The notes under the pieces are model-generated. The model had not been told where the DNA came from. It saw nothing but the letters and a program-made list of their open reading frames with translations, and ran no database searches. 64,000 bases of DNA from Bacilli bacterium (lineage in GTDB: Bacteria; Bacillota_I; Bacilli_A; ML615J-28; CAG-313): contig JAFQRV010000038.1 in the NCBI GenBank assembly GCA_017409905.1, positions 12,686-76,685 of the forward strand. Direction: 5' to 3'. Numbering within the stretch: the first letter of the stretch is position 1; every line of letters starts with the position of its first letter. Positions 27,907 through 37,049 of the stretch are shown here, piece by piece. A program made the translations under genes and the position numbers.

Positions 27907-29166
27907 ATGAAAGAAATTGTCATTATTGGTGGAGGAGCGTCTGGTTTATTAGCTAGTATCGTTTTAAAAAGTGAATTAAAAGATAATGCCCGTATTACCA
28001 TTGTTGAACGATTAGAAAGAGTTGGAAAAAAGATTCTTGCTACTGGTTCAGGTAAGGCAAATTTTACTAACGAACATGTTAAAGGTAACAGATATAATCA
28101 TCCTAATTTTGTAACAAAATTATTAAAAAAATACGGTTACAAAGAAATTAAAGAATATTTTGGTCATTTGGGACTAATGACAACAACTCTTACAGAAGGA
28201 AGAGTTTATCCTAAATCAGAAAATGCATCAAGTTTATTAGATGTTTTAAGAAACAAAATTAGAGAATTAGGTATTGAAGAAAAATGTAATTTCGATGTTA
28301 AGAAAATTACTAATAATCATGATAAATATATTATTGAATCTACTAGAGGCTTAAAGGTTGCTGCAGATTATGTTATTCTTGCAACAGGCGGTAAAGCAAC
28401 ACCAATTTTAGGATCTAATGGTACAGGTTATCAACTTGCGAAAAGTTTAAAGATGAAAGTTACTAATGTCTTACCAGGTTTAGTAGGAATTAAAGTTGAT
28501 GAAGCATCAATTAAAGGTCTTGAAGGATTAAGAGTAAAAGCACAAGTGGCTTTATATGCTAAAAAGAATAAAGAAGCTGTTTGGGAAAGTCATGGAGAAG
28601 TTCAATTCAAAGCAGAAGCAGTATCAGGAATTGTTATAATGGATATGGCCTCACAAATTGCTAGAGCAGAAAATGAAAAAACATTCAATGCAACACACTT
28701 TGTATTGGATTTATGTCCTGAAATGACTCTAGAAGATTTAACTAACTATTTAGTTAATCGTCAAGTTGAATTACATAAGTATACAAATGCAAATTTCTTA
28801 ATAGGCATATTCCATAAAATGTTAGGTAATAATATTTTGAAACGTGCAAAAGTTGATGTTTCTGGTTATGTAGAAAATCTTAATAAAAAAGATATTGAAA
28901 GAATTGCGAAGGCAATTAAAACTTTCTTGATTCCTATTAAAGGTTTAGATTCATTTGATCATGCACAAGTAACAGTTGGTGGAGTAAGTATTGATGAAGT
29001 TATACCTGAAACATTAGAATCAAGAAAAAATGCTGGCTTATATGTTTGTGGTGAATTATTAGATATTGATGGTGATTGTGGTGGATTTAACTTACAATGG
29101 GCATGGACAAGTGCTTTTGTAGCTACTAAAGCGATTATTGAAAGAATTAATAATTCATTAAATTAG
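27907..29166 (+). CDS. HI0933/BaiN-family NAD(FAD)-utilising flavoprotein (YtfP-like)
   Basis: Rossmann motif IIGGGASGLLAS and the C-terminal motif GELLDIDGDCGGFNLQWAWTSA typical of the HI0933 family. Confidence 0.88.
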   Translation: MKEIVIIGGGASGLLASIVLKSELKDNARITIVERLERVGKKILATGSGKANFTNEHVKGNRYNHPNFVTKLLKKYGYKEIKEYFGHLGLMTTTLTEGRVYPKSENASSLLDVLRNKIRELGIEEKCNFDVKKITNNHDKYIIESTRGLKVAADYVILATGGKATPILGSNGTGYQLAKSLKMKVTNVLPGLVGIKVDEASIKGLEGLRVKAQVALYAKKNKEAVWESHGEVQFKAEAVSGIVIMDMASQIARAENEKTFNATHFVLDLCPEMTLEDLTNYLVNRQVELHKYTNANFLIGIFHKMLGNNILKRAKVDVSGYVENLNKKDIERIAKAIKTFLIPIKGLDSFDHAQVTVGGVSIDEVIPETLESRKNAGLYVCGELLDIDGDCGGFNLQWAWTSAFVATKAIIERINNSLN

Positions 29167-29176
29167 AAGGTGCTAA

Positions 29177-30133
29177 ATGAGTGTAATAAATATTGTATCT
29201 GACTTAATAGATGAAATAGCTATGTGTTATTATAACTCATTAGTTATTGAAAATAAAAGAGTTAGTTATTTAACTTGTTTAACAAAAACCCTAAATTATT
29301 TACAAGATAATGATTTATTATCAAAAGATAATTTATTAGATGAAGATATCGAAAAGATTATTCAATTAAAAAATGAAGTTGAAAGTATTGAAATTAATTT
29401 AGAAGAATTAAGAAGAGCAATCTTTTTATTAGAAATAAAAGCTTATAAACATTCAAATATGTTACTAGATCAAATCACTCCTGATGGTGTTGGCATAATT
29501 TTTACTTTTTTGCTTGATTTAGAAAAAGAAAGTAAAAGATTATTAGATGTTGCAGGTGGTACTGGTAATTTATTATTTGTTATTAATAATTACGCGAAAA
29601 ATAAATGGGAAATGTCTACTATTGAACAAAATATTGATTTGTGTAATTATTTAGCTTCAAAAGCTAATTTCTTAGAACTTTATTTAGATATTCATGCTCA
29701 AGATACTTTAGAGTTTAATTATTCTAATGTTGACACTATTATCGGAGATATTCCAAATTATCAATACGAAAATGAATATTATTCATCACCTTTATATGAT
29801 CAAGGAGTTAGAGACTTTACATATCTAACAATTGAAAGACATTTAGAATCAGGAAGTGAAGATACTAGAGCTTATTATTTAGTAGATAGTGACTTCTTTG
29901 AATATTCTAGTAGTAATTTATTTAAAAATGAGTTTTTAAAGAAAGCCTTTTTTAAGGCAATAGTTGTACTTCCTCAAAACTTCTTTCAAGGTAAACCTAA
30001 AATGATTGTGGTTGTAGAAAAAAGAAGAGAAGGAATTAAGTGTGAAACAAATATTTTCACAATGCCTAATTATCAAGAACAAGATAAATGGCAACAAACA
30101 TTAATTAATATTAAAAATTATTTGGAGGAATAA
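29177..30133 (+). CDS. class I SAM-dependent methyltransferase, YtxK-like (N6-adenine-MTase fold)
   Basis: SAM motif LLDVAGGTGNLL and motif-IV-like GDIPNY. Located directly upstream of ackA, as ytxK is in B. subtilis. Confidence 0.75.
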   Translation: MSVINIVSDLIDEIAMCYYNSLVIENKRVSYLTCLTKTLNYLQDNDLLSKDNLLDEDIEKIIQLKNEVESIEINLEELRRAIFLLEIKAYKHSNMLLDQITPDGVGIIFTFLLDLEKESKRLLDVAGGTGNLLFVINNYAKNKWEMSTIEQNIDLCNYLASKANFLELYLDIHAQDTLEFNYSNVDTIIGDIPNYQYENEYYSSPLYDQGVRDFTYLTIERHLESGSEDTRAYYLVDSDFFEYSSSNLFKNEFLKKAFFKAIVVLPQNFFQGKPKMIVVVEKRREGIKCETNIFTMPNYQEQDKWQQTLINIKNYLEE

Positions 30134-30136
30134 GAA

Positions 30137-31357
30137 ATGGAAAAAATATTAGTTGTAAATGCAGGTAGTTCATCATTAAAGTTTCAACTTATTGATATGC
30201 CTTGGGATGAAAATGTAGAAAGTCCTGTTGTATTATTTGAAGGTGGTTTTGAAAGAATTGGTATTGAAAATCCATCTGTTACTTATAAATATAATGGTAA
30301 TAAAGAAACAGTTACTTTAACTATTGATTCTCATGCTGGAGCTGTAGATGTTCTTAAAGATTTATTAATTGAAAAAGGAATTGTAAAAGATTTAAATGAA
30401 ATCACAGGTATTGGACATCGTTATGTGAATGGTGGTCCAGAATATATGCAAACAACAGTTTTAACTGAACAAGTATATGAAGATTTAAAGAAAACTATTG
30501 ATTTTGCACCTGTACATAATTTCGCTCACTTAAAAGGTATTGCTGGTTTTACTAAAGCACTTCCTAATGTATTACAAGCTATTGTTTTTGACACTTCATT
30601 CCATCAAACAATGCCAGATGAAGCATATCGTTATGCTGTTCCTAAATATTGGTATGATGATTATAAGATTCGTAAATATGGTGCTCACGGAACAAGTCAT
30701 CAATATGTATCTTTAGAAGCTGCAAGAGTATTAGGTAAAAAACCTGAAGAACTAAGAGTTATTACAGCTCATATTGGTAATGGTGCAAGTTTAGCTGCTG
30801 TTAAATATGGTAAATGTGTAGATACATCAATGGGCTTTACACCATTAGCTGGTATTCCAATGGGAACAAGAAGTGGTGATGTTGATTCATCTGTTCTTGA
30901 TATGGTTTATAAAAAAGAAGGTAAGAATGTTCATGAATTAATTACTGCATTGAATAAAGAATCTGGTTATACTGGATTTACAGGTCATTCTGATGCACGT
31001 GATGTACGTGATTTACAAGCATCTGGTAATTATGAAGCTGATTTAGCTTTAAGATTACAAGAAAAACGTATTGTTGATTATATTTCTAGCTACTATGGTT
31101 ATATGGGTGGTTGTGATGTATTGGTATTTACTGCTGGTATTGGTGAAAAATCATATAAAACAAGAGAAGCAGTTTGTGAAAGATTACATGAAGCTTTTGG
31201 TGTTGAATTAGATTATGAAGCTAATAAAGCATGTTTTGGTACACAAGCAATTATCTCTAAACCAGAATCTAAGATTATCGTTATGGTAGTTCCTACTAAC
31301 GAAGAATTAATGATTGCAAGAGAAGTAATGGCACAAAAGAAATTACATAATAGATAA
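30137..31357 (+). CDS. ackA: acetate kinase
   Basis: ILVVNAGSSSLKFQL, GHRYVNGG, YGAHGTSHQY, ITAHIGNGASL, FTAGIGE. Confidence 0.96.
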   Translation: MEKILVVNAGSSSLKFQLIDMPWDENVESPVVLFEGGFERIGIENPSVTYKYNGNKETVTLTIDSHAGAVDVLKDLLIEKGIVKDLNEITGIGHRYVNGGPEYMQTTVLTEQVYEDLKKTIDFAPVHNFAHLKGIAGFTKALPNVLQAIVFDTSFHQTMPDEAYRYAVPKYWYDDYKIRKYGAHGTSHQYVSLEAARVLGKKPEELRVITAHIGNGASLAAVKYGKCVDTSMGFTPLAGIPMGTRSGDVDSSVLDMVYKKEGKNVHELITALNKESGYTGFTGHSDARDVRDLQASGNYEADLALRLQEKRIVDYISSYYGYMGGCDVLVFTAGIGEKSYKTREAVCERLHEAFGVELDYEANKACFGTQAIISKPESKIIVMVVPTNEELMIAREVMAQKKLHNR

Positions 31358-31363
31358 TAATAT

Positions 31364-31388
31364 AAGTAGGCAATAAGCCTACTTTTTT
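31364..31388 (+). terminator. intrinsic terminator after ackA
   Basis: AAGUAGGC-AAUAA-GCCUACUU plus U-run. Confidence 0.85.
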
Positions 31389-31434
31389 AATTAGTACATT
31401 CTGAAGTTTTTGTGAAAATTTTAGGATTAATAAA

Positions 31435-31463
31435 TTGACAAGCGTTTACATAAATGGTATATT
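31435..31463 (+). promoter_or_regulatory. sigma-A-type extended -10 promoter (PH-like paralog pair)
   Basis: Consensus TTGACA (31435-40), 17-nt spacer ending TGg, TATATT (31458-63). Confidence 0.6.
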
Positions 31464-31535
31464 TTAAATGATTTCACATATTTAAAAAGGTGCTGAATAA
31501 GAAAATGTTGTGAAAAATTTATTAAAGGAGGAAAT

Positions 31536-32114
31536 ATGCAGTTAATCAAAGGCGAAAAAGTTGTTAAAGAGTTTGAGTATGCAACTGTAAAAAGAGGGAA
31601 TGACCATATTTCATGTTCTGTTACTGTTACTAACAAACGTGTTTATACAACTGATGTTAGCAAAAAAGGTATTGCACATACTGAACTTCCACTTGAAAAA
31701 GTAAAAAGTATTAGATCTAACCTATCTGTTCCAAATAATAAACCTGCAATTATTGCAATTATTTATGCGGCTTTATTTTTTATTTTAGCTGTTGCACTGA
31801 TAGCTACAGATGCTATTCCTGTTGATACTAGATTTATAGGATTAGTAGTACTTGTTGAACTTTCATTCATAGTTACTGCAATATTATTATGGCAACATCC
31901 ATCATTTACATTAGACTTTACTACATATAATAAAGAAGGTAAAAGATTATACACTTCTGTAGAAAAGTTAGTTCCTTCAAAAGGAAGAATTGGCAGAATT
32001 AAAGTTCATCTTAAAAAAGACGTTTGTGTAGAATTTATGGAAACTATAGGTGCTGCCTTAACGGAAGCAAGAATGCTTTCAAAAAAAGAAATTGAAGAAG
32101 AAATAATTTATTAA
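31536..32114 (+). CDS. PH/GRAM-like domain membrane protein (paralog 1)
   Basis: AAGGAGG RBS. N-terminal GEKVVKEFEYA...VTVTNKRVYT (bacterial PH-like pattern), two TM segments, and a conserved tail KVHLKKDVCVEFMETIGAALTEAR. Confidence 0.75.
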   Translation: MQLIKGEKVVKEFEYATVKRGNDHISCSVTVTNKRVYTTDVSKKGIAHTELPLEKVKSIRSNLSVPNNKPAIIAIIYAALFFILAVALIATDAIPVDTRFIGLVVLVELSFIVTAILLWQHPSFTLDFTTYNKEGKRLYTSVEKLVPSKGRIGRIKVHLKKDVCVEFMETIGAALTEARMLSKKEIEEEIIY

Positions 32115-32138
32115 AAAATTTAAGGAGAAAAAATAAAT

Positions 32139-32633
32139 ATGATTTTAGCAAACAATGAAGTATTAATTAAAGAATGGGAATATGGTACTTTAAAAACAAA
32201 AAAATTAGAAACTGTTAACACATTAACTATTACAAACAAACGTATTGTAACTGAATCAAGAAATAAATTAAACATTACTCGTAATGAAATTCCAGTTGAA
32301 TCTGTAAAAGCTGTAAGTGCATTCCATGGTATGCCATCAAAATTTCTTGCATATGTAATGATCGTTTTAGGTATTCCTCTATGCCTAGTTATCGTTGGTA
32401 TTTTCCTTATCATCGCTGGTCTTAACCGCTTGAAAGCAGGTGTATTTGAATTAGAATTAACTACATCTGGTTGTGAAGGTGAATCACTAAGTGTTGGTTA
32501 CGTTAGTCCTTTAAAAACATTATTCAGCCGTAAAAAAGGTAAAAAAGCACCTAAAGTTAAAATTAGAATTAACAATGATGTTTGTCGTGAAATCGTTGAA
32601 ACTATCGGTGCTGTAATCGCAGAAAACAGATAA
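32139..32633 (+). CDS. PH/GRAM-like domain membrane protein (paralog 2)
   Basis: Same architecture as 31536..32114: NEVLIKEWEYG...LTITNKRIVT, a hydrophobic hairpin, and the tail KIRINNDVCREIVETIGAVIAENR. AAGGAGA RBS. Terminator follows. Confidence 0.75.
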   Translation: MILANNEVLIKEWEYGTLKTKKLETVNTLTITNKRIVTESRNKLNITRNEIPVESVKAVSAFHGMPSKFLAYVMIVLGIPLCLVIVGIFLIIAGLNRLKAGVFELELTTSGCEGESLSVGYVSPLKTLFSRKKGKKAPKVKIRINNDVCREIVETIGAVIAENR

Positions 32634-32652
32634 TTTTTATTGAAATATAATT

Positions 32653-32681
32653 AATCCCTTACTTAATGTAAGGGATTTTTT
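32653..32681 (+). terminator. intrinsic terminator after PH-like paralog pair
   Basis: AAUCCCUUAC-UUAAU-GUAAGGGAUU plus U-run. Confidence 0.85.
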
Positions 32682-32741
32682 ATTTTTTTCAAAAAAGTAA
32701 ATTCTTCTTATTTTTGTAATATATAGATGAGAGGTGAAATA

Positions 32742-34619
32742 ATGAAAAAAATAATTTTTTTAGTTTTTAGTTTAATAGTTTTATTAAACTTTGTTAGTTT
32801 TAAGGTTCATGCTGATGAAACAAATAGTGTTACTGATCCATTAGTTGTTAAAGTAGGAAGTAATCTAAGTGATTATCTAAAATATGATAATTATGTTGTT
32901 GTCAGTAATAGTGTAAATATTAATGAACCAGGTATATATACTATTACTTATAAAAATATCGATACTTTTGAAGAATTTAAGAAAGAAGTACATGTAATAG
33001 ATGATGATAAGTATGCATTTGATACTAATTATAAAACCTTATTTTCTAATACAAATGCTTATGAATTAATTGATTGTGTCGAATATGATGACAAAGTAGC
33101 TTGGTTGATTAATTATAAAAGAAGTAATATTTCTAATAACTATTATTTACATGTTGATAATATTAATAGTTTAACTGTTTATCAAAATTCTCAAGATAAA
33201 ATGGTTGATTTAGAATATAATAATGGTTTTATGATAGCAAGTACTTCAAAAAATGTTATGGATGGAGATAATAATATTATGATTTTTAATTATGATATAA
33301 ACGGCTATTGTAAAATAAAAGAATATTTAAGTAAAGGTAAAGAAGAAGCTAGTTGTATAACAGGAAATAGTGATTATATCTTTGTTGGAGGTAAAACCAA
33401 TGAAGAAACAGAAATGTTTAATAATAAAAGAAAAGGTTATGATTCTTTTATATTATCAATTGATAGAAAAACAAATGAGTTAAAAAGTAGTTTACTTTTA
33501 TCTTTAGAAGGTGATGATTGTATATTGGATATGGAATTTTTTAATAATTATTTATATATTATACAAAGTCAAGACAATAGTAAATTGAGATTATTAAAGT
33601 TAGATATTTTTGGTAATATTATTTGTGAAAATATAGTTGACTTTAATTATGGATTTATAAATCCAAAGTTAAAACTTATTAACAATAGAGTTTATTTCTC
33701 ATATGATTATTATGAATATAATTATTTAGACTATGTAAATGTAATAGAAGCATTAGGAGATAATTTAGAAAGAAATGTAATATATAAACAATACGATCAG
33801 CATTTAACACTAAAGGACTATACAATATTAGATAATGGTGTGATGAAAGGTCTTTATGTTTATCGGTATAATAGTAATAGTTATTGTTATAAGATGTTTT
33901 TGAATAATAATGAAATATTAAGATTAAATGGTAATCAAAAAATGGAAGTTTTTGGACTTTACAATGATTTTGTTGTCTTGAAAAGCCCAAGTACAATTAT
34001 GGTCAATAAAATTAGTTCGATTGCTGTAATTAAGGATTTTGATAGAGAAATAGATCCAAAATATGAAAATATTGATAATTTATCGAATTATTTGGTATTT
34101 ATTGACGGTTTTGGTGTTATTCATGATGATAGATCAAAATTAGAAATAGATGAGAATTTATATGGGAATTATCAAGTCGATTACTATTTTGATAGCACTA
34201 TTAATTACTTAGAAAGTGTTGATGTAAATTTATTACCTTATGTAGGTGTAGAGAATAATAAAGTATATGATTTGGGAATTATACTAGATGGTAATGCAAT
34301 AGTAAGAGTTAATGGTGATTTAGTTGAAACACCTTATAAATTAGAAACTTTTGGTGAATATAAGATTGAATTAAATGGTTTAAATAATCAAATTACTACC
34401 TTAAATATAAAAGTAAATAAGTTAAGTGAATTAGTAATTAAAGAAAATTTAGTGGATTATAGGGAAATTAAGAATGAAACAAATAAAATTGATAATTATG
34501 CAGTTGTAAATTTTAATGCTCTTAAAAATAAAGAACAAAAAAGTAATAATTATCTATATTTTTATTTAATTCCTTTTATATTTGCGGGGATTGGCTTTTT
34601 AGTGGTTAAGAGAGGTTAA
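32742..34619 (+). CDS. large secreted, C-terminally membrane-anchored surface protein (Ig-like plus beta-rich repeats)
   Basis: ORF track starts at 32727. ATG 32742 follows GAGGTGA. Signal peptide MKKIIFLVFSLIVLLNFVSFKVHA/DE. PGIYTITYKN Ig-like module. Repeats of the type GGKTNEE..NKRKGYDSFILSID. C-terminal TM IPFIFAGIGFLVVKRG, with no LPXTG. Confidence 0.8.
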   Translation: MKKIIFLVFSLIVLLNFVSFKVHADETNSVTDPLVVKVGSNLSDYLKYDNYVVVSNSVNINEPGIYTITYKNIDTFEEFKKEVHVIDDDKYAFDTNYKTLFSNTNAYELIDCVEYDDKVAWLINYKRSNISNNYYLHVDNINSLTVYQNSQDKMVDLEYNNGFMIASTSKNVMDGDNNIMIFNYDINGYCKIKEYLSKGKEEASCITGNSDYIFVGGKTNEETEMFNNKRKGYDSFILSIDRKTNELKSSLLLSLEGDDCILDMEFFNNYLYIIQSQDNSKLRLLKLDIFGNIICENIVDFNYGFINPKLKLINNRVYFSYDYYEYNYLDYVNVIEALGDNLERNVIYKQYDQHLTLKDYTILDNGVMKGLYVYRYNSNSYCYKMFLNNNEILRLNGNQKMEVFGLYNDFVVLKSPSTIMVNKISSIAVIKDFDREIDPKYENIDNLSNYLVFIDGFGVIHDDRSKLEIDENLYGNYQVDYYFDSTINYLESVDVNLLPYVGVENNKVYDLGIILDGNAIVRVNGDLVETPYKLETFGEYKIELNGLNNQITTLNIKVNKLSELVIKENLVDYREIKNETNKIDNYAVVNFNALKNKEQKSNNYLYFYLIPFIFAGIGFLVVKRG

Positions 34620-34620
34620 T

Positions 34621-36801
34621 ATGAGAAAAATCGGATTATTTATCATATTTTTAGTTTTAATTTTTATTATTAAGAGTCCTAGTACAGTATCTGCTGAAGA
34701 ACTAAATAGAACTTTAGTATTAAATGATGTTTATGATTTAGAAGCTTATTATTATAACGATAATTACCAAATTTTAGAGTTTAAAGACTATTTTGAGTAT
34801 TTATGGGGTGTCGAAAAAAACACTATTAAAGGGGAATTACAGGCTTATTTATTTGACAATAATATCGTATATTTATTAGTAAATGATGGTCAACAAAAGA
34901 TTATTAAAATTAATAATGGTAATATTGAAAAGAGTATAATTATAGAAGATACTATAAAGATAAATAAGATTGTTTATGATAATAATATTTTTTTATTAGG
35001 AAATTATAATACTTCTGCAATCATTTTAGAGTTAAATGAATCTCTTCAATTGATTAAAAAATATACTTATGGAATTGGTAATAATTTAAATTTTATTGAT
35101 GGTTTAAAATATAATAATAAGTGGTATATTATAGCAACAAAAAATGGGCATAGTTTAAATGAAGAGTTCAAAAATGTAGGTAATTATAATGATATTAAAA
35201 CTATATTGATTAGAATGAATAATAAGTACTTAATTGATAGTGTTTTATATGTTAATAATGATGAAAAAAGAGAAATTCCAGTATTTTTAAATTTATATAA
35301 AGAAAGTCTTTATTTTGTAGTGAATGGAGAAAATAATAATTACTTCTATAAAACAGATTTGAATTTAGAAAAATGTTATGATATGGGAGTATATGAAGTG
35401 GATGATAAAATACTTATTGGATATAATGGAGAATATTTAAGATTTAATCTTGATAACGGATTAATAATGAAAGAAAAAGAACAAAGTTTTGAATATGACA
35501 TTTGTGATATTAAGATGTTAGAAATAAAAGATAGTTATTTACAAGTTTATACAAATGAAAATAATAATATTTATAAATATGAAATAGAAGAATATCATAT
35601 TAATTATCTGAAGGAGTTTAATGTTGGGTATGACTATGGTAATTATGATTTTAAAAGTAATTTGAATAATACTGATGTTATTTCAATAAAGTCTTATTTT
35701 AGTGAAGTAGAAGTATTTAATGAAACGGAGTTTACCAATAATATACCCGGTCAATATGAATTATCTTTAATAATTAAGCGCCCTAATTTAGATAATATCA
35801 AGATGTCTACTAAAGTTAATGTTGATCAATATGCTAATATAATTGATAATGGTGTCTATAAGACAGGAATTACGTTAAAGTTCTTAGGAGTAGGTAAATT
35901 AAATGATCAAAATATTAGTAATGGCCATATAATCCAAAAAGAAGGCAATTATGTTTTAGAAATACAAGATAATTATGGTAATTCTAGAAAATATAGTTTT
36001 ACTTGTGTTGATAATTATTATATTGGAAATCTTAATGATCCACATACAAACTATTATATGGAAAAAGATAAAAGTATTTATGTACCATTTCTGTTTAACT
36101 CAATAGAAAAAATTGAAGAAATTTATGTAAGTGGTCAAAAAACGGAATTTACTCAAGAAGAAAATAAAATTAATCTTTTAGTTAATTCTAATAACATTTA
36201 TGGAATAAAAGAATATAATATTGATAAAATAAAAATAAATAATATTTGGTATTTGGTTAATAATAGTTTTAAAATAATGACTTTGAAGGAAAAACCAAAA
36301 ATAGAGATTAATGAAATAGAAAGTGATTCATTTAAGTTAGATATTAAGGTTGAAGATATTGATAAAACAATTCAAAAAATAGGGATTGTAATAAATGGAA
36401 AAGAAGAGTTTAATTATTTAAAGGACAACGAATATTCATTTGATTTAAATGATAAAACTAATACTTCAATTGATATAAAAATTTATTATGATTTAGGAGA
36501 TGGAAATATTAAATCATTTAGTTTAATAAAATTAAATGGTAGATTAAAAGATGCGGATGATTTATTAAAATTAAATTATAATATTACACATAGTATAGAA
36601 AATATTGATTTAGAGATTGATACAAATAAATTTAAGAACATAGAATATCTTAAAGTTAATAGCGTAGACATAACTAAACATTATGAAAACTATCATAATT
36701 ATCAAAATATTTATATTAGTATTGGTATAAGTTTTGTTGTTTTACTAACTATATTGTTGATTTGGTTATTCAAAAGAAAAAAGAAAAAAAAGAAAATTTA
36801 A
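34621..36801 (+). CDS. large secreted, C-terminally membrane-anchored surface protein (second of tandem pair)
   Basis: Start is 1 nt after the upstream stop, with a GAGAGG RBS. Signal peptide ...IKSPSTVSA/EE. Modules PGQYELSL and EGNYVLEIQDNYGN. C-terminal TM plus a KRKKKKKKI stop-transfer tail. Confidence 0.8.
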   Translation: MRKIGLFIIFLVLIFIIKSPSTVSAEELNRTLVLNDVYDLEAYYYNDNYQILEFKDYFEYLWGVEKNTIKGELQAYLFDNNIVYLLVNDGQQKIIKINNGNIEKSIIIEDTIKINKIVYDNNIFLLGNYNTSAIILELNESLQLIKKYTYGIGNNLNFIDGLKYNNKWYIIATKNGHSLNEEFKNVGNYNDIKTILIRMNNKYLIDSVLYVNNDEKREIPVFLNLYKESLYFVVNGENNNYFYKTDLNLEKCYDMGVYEVDDKILIGYNGEYLRFNLDNGLIMKEKEQSFEYDICDIKMLEIKDSYLQVYTNENNNIYKYEIEEYHINYLKEFNVGYDYGNYDFKSNLNNTDVISIKSYFSEVEVFNETEFTNNIPGQYELSLIIKRPNLDNIKMSTKVNVDQYANIIDNGVYKTGITLKFLGVGKLNDQNISNGHIIQKEGNYVLEIQDNYGNSRKYSFTCVDNYYIGNLNDPHTNYYMEKDKSIYVPFLFNSIEKIEEIYVSGQKTEFTQEENKINLLVNSNNIYGIKEYNIDKIKINNIWYLVNNSFKIMTLKEKPKIEINEIESDSFKLDIKVEDIDKTIQKIGIVINGKEEFNYLKDNEYSFDLNDKTNTSIDIKIYYDLGDGNIKSFSLIKLNGRLKDADDLLKLNYNITHSIENIDLEIDTNKFKNIEYLKVNSVDITKHYENYHNYQNIYISIGISFVVLLTILLIWLFKRKKKKKKI

Positions 36802-36806
36802 AAATA

Positions 36807-36848
36807 AATACACTTGAAATCGTTTTCAAGTGTATTTTCTTTTTTTTT
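36807..36848 (+). terminator. intrinsic terminator after surface-protein pair
   Basis: AAUACACUUGAAA-UCGU-UUUCAAGUGUAUU (13-bp stem) plus a long U-run. Confidence 0.88.
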
Positions 36849-36887
36849 GTAAAATTATGTGATATATTATAAGTGTAATATATATTA

Positions 36888-36953
36888 TCCAATATATACC
36901 TTCATTAAATGGCGAAGGAGTCTCTACCGTGTTGCCTAAACACGACTATTGGA
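36888..36953 (+). promoter_or_regulatory. purine riboswitch aptamer, guanine/xanthine class (C at discriminator position)
   Basis: P1 is UCCAAUA (36888-94) paired with UAUUGGA (36947-53). P2 is CCUUC/GAAGG with an L2 containing AUGG. J2-3 is AGUCUCUACC (consensus AGUUUCUACC). P3 is CGUGU/ACACG with an L3 containing CC. J3-1 is A-C before P1, as in B. subtilis xpt (GAC-UAUG) and unlike adenine switches (GAU-UAUG). Lies upstream of xpt. Confidence 0.9.
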
Positions 36954-37002
36954 AAAATCTTTTTAAAAGTGTATATTTTAATATGCATCTTTTTTGATTT
37001 TT

Positions 37003-37032
37003 TCGATAGTTAGATTTAACTATCGATTTTTT
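37003..37032 (+). terminator. riboswitch expression-platform terminator
   Basis: Stem UCGAUAGUU (37003-11) paired with AACUAUCGA (37018-26), followed by U6. Its 5' arm plus upstream Us (36996-37009) can alternatively pair over 14 positions (2 G-U) with 36946-36959, the 3' strand of P1 plus linker. That alternative helix is the antiterminator. Confidence 0.85.
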
Positions 37033-37049
37033 ATTTATTAGAGGTGCTT

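Noticed and set aside
31436-31450. cre-like (CcpA) element TGACAAGCGTTTACA overlapping the -35 of the PH-like gene promoter.
   Set aside because: It is 15 nt rather than 14. It does not fit TGWAANCGNTNWCA in any register, and its dyad symmetry is poor. The resemblance is probably due to the TTGACA -35 box itself.
36770-36800. A-rich homopolymeric run (…aaaagaaaaaagaaaaaaaagaaaa…) at the 3' end of the second surface-protein gene, considered as a phase-variation tract.
   Set aside because: It encodes the terminal KRKKKKKKI stop-transfer tail after the TM anchor. Slippage there would alter only the last few residues, so it cannot act as an on/off switch.
22713-36848. Idea that the blocks at 22.8-26.0 kb and 31.4-36.8 kb form a genomic island, prophage remnant or defence locus.
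   Set aside because: There is no integrase, recombinase, transposase, flanking direct repeat or tRNA attachment site. None of the proteins has nuclease, ATPase, helicase, methylase or reverse-transcriptase motifs of the defence-system type. Core genes (proS, ackA) interrupt the region. They are reported instead as uncharacterised membrane and surface modules.
36847-36868. Promoter for the xpt riboswitch (TTGTAA at 36847-52; TGaTATATT at 36860-68).
   Set aside because: The two elements are only 10 nt apart, so they cannot form one -35/-10 pair. An extended -10-only promoter is plausible, but I could not define it confidently enough to list it as a feature.
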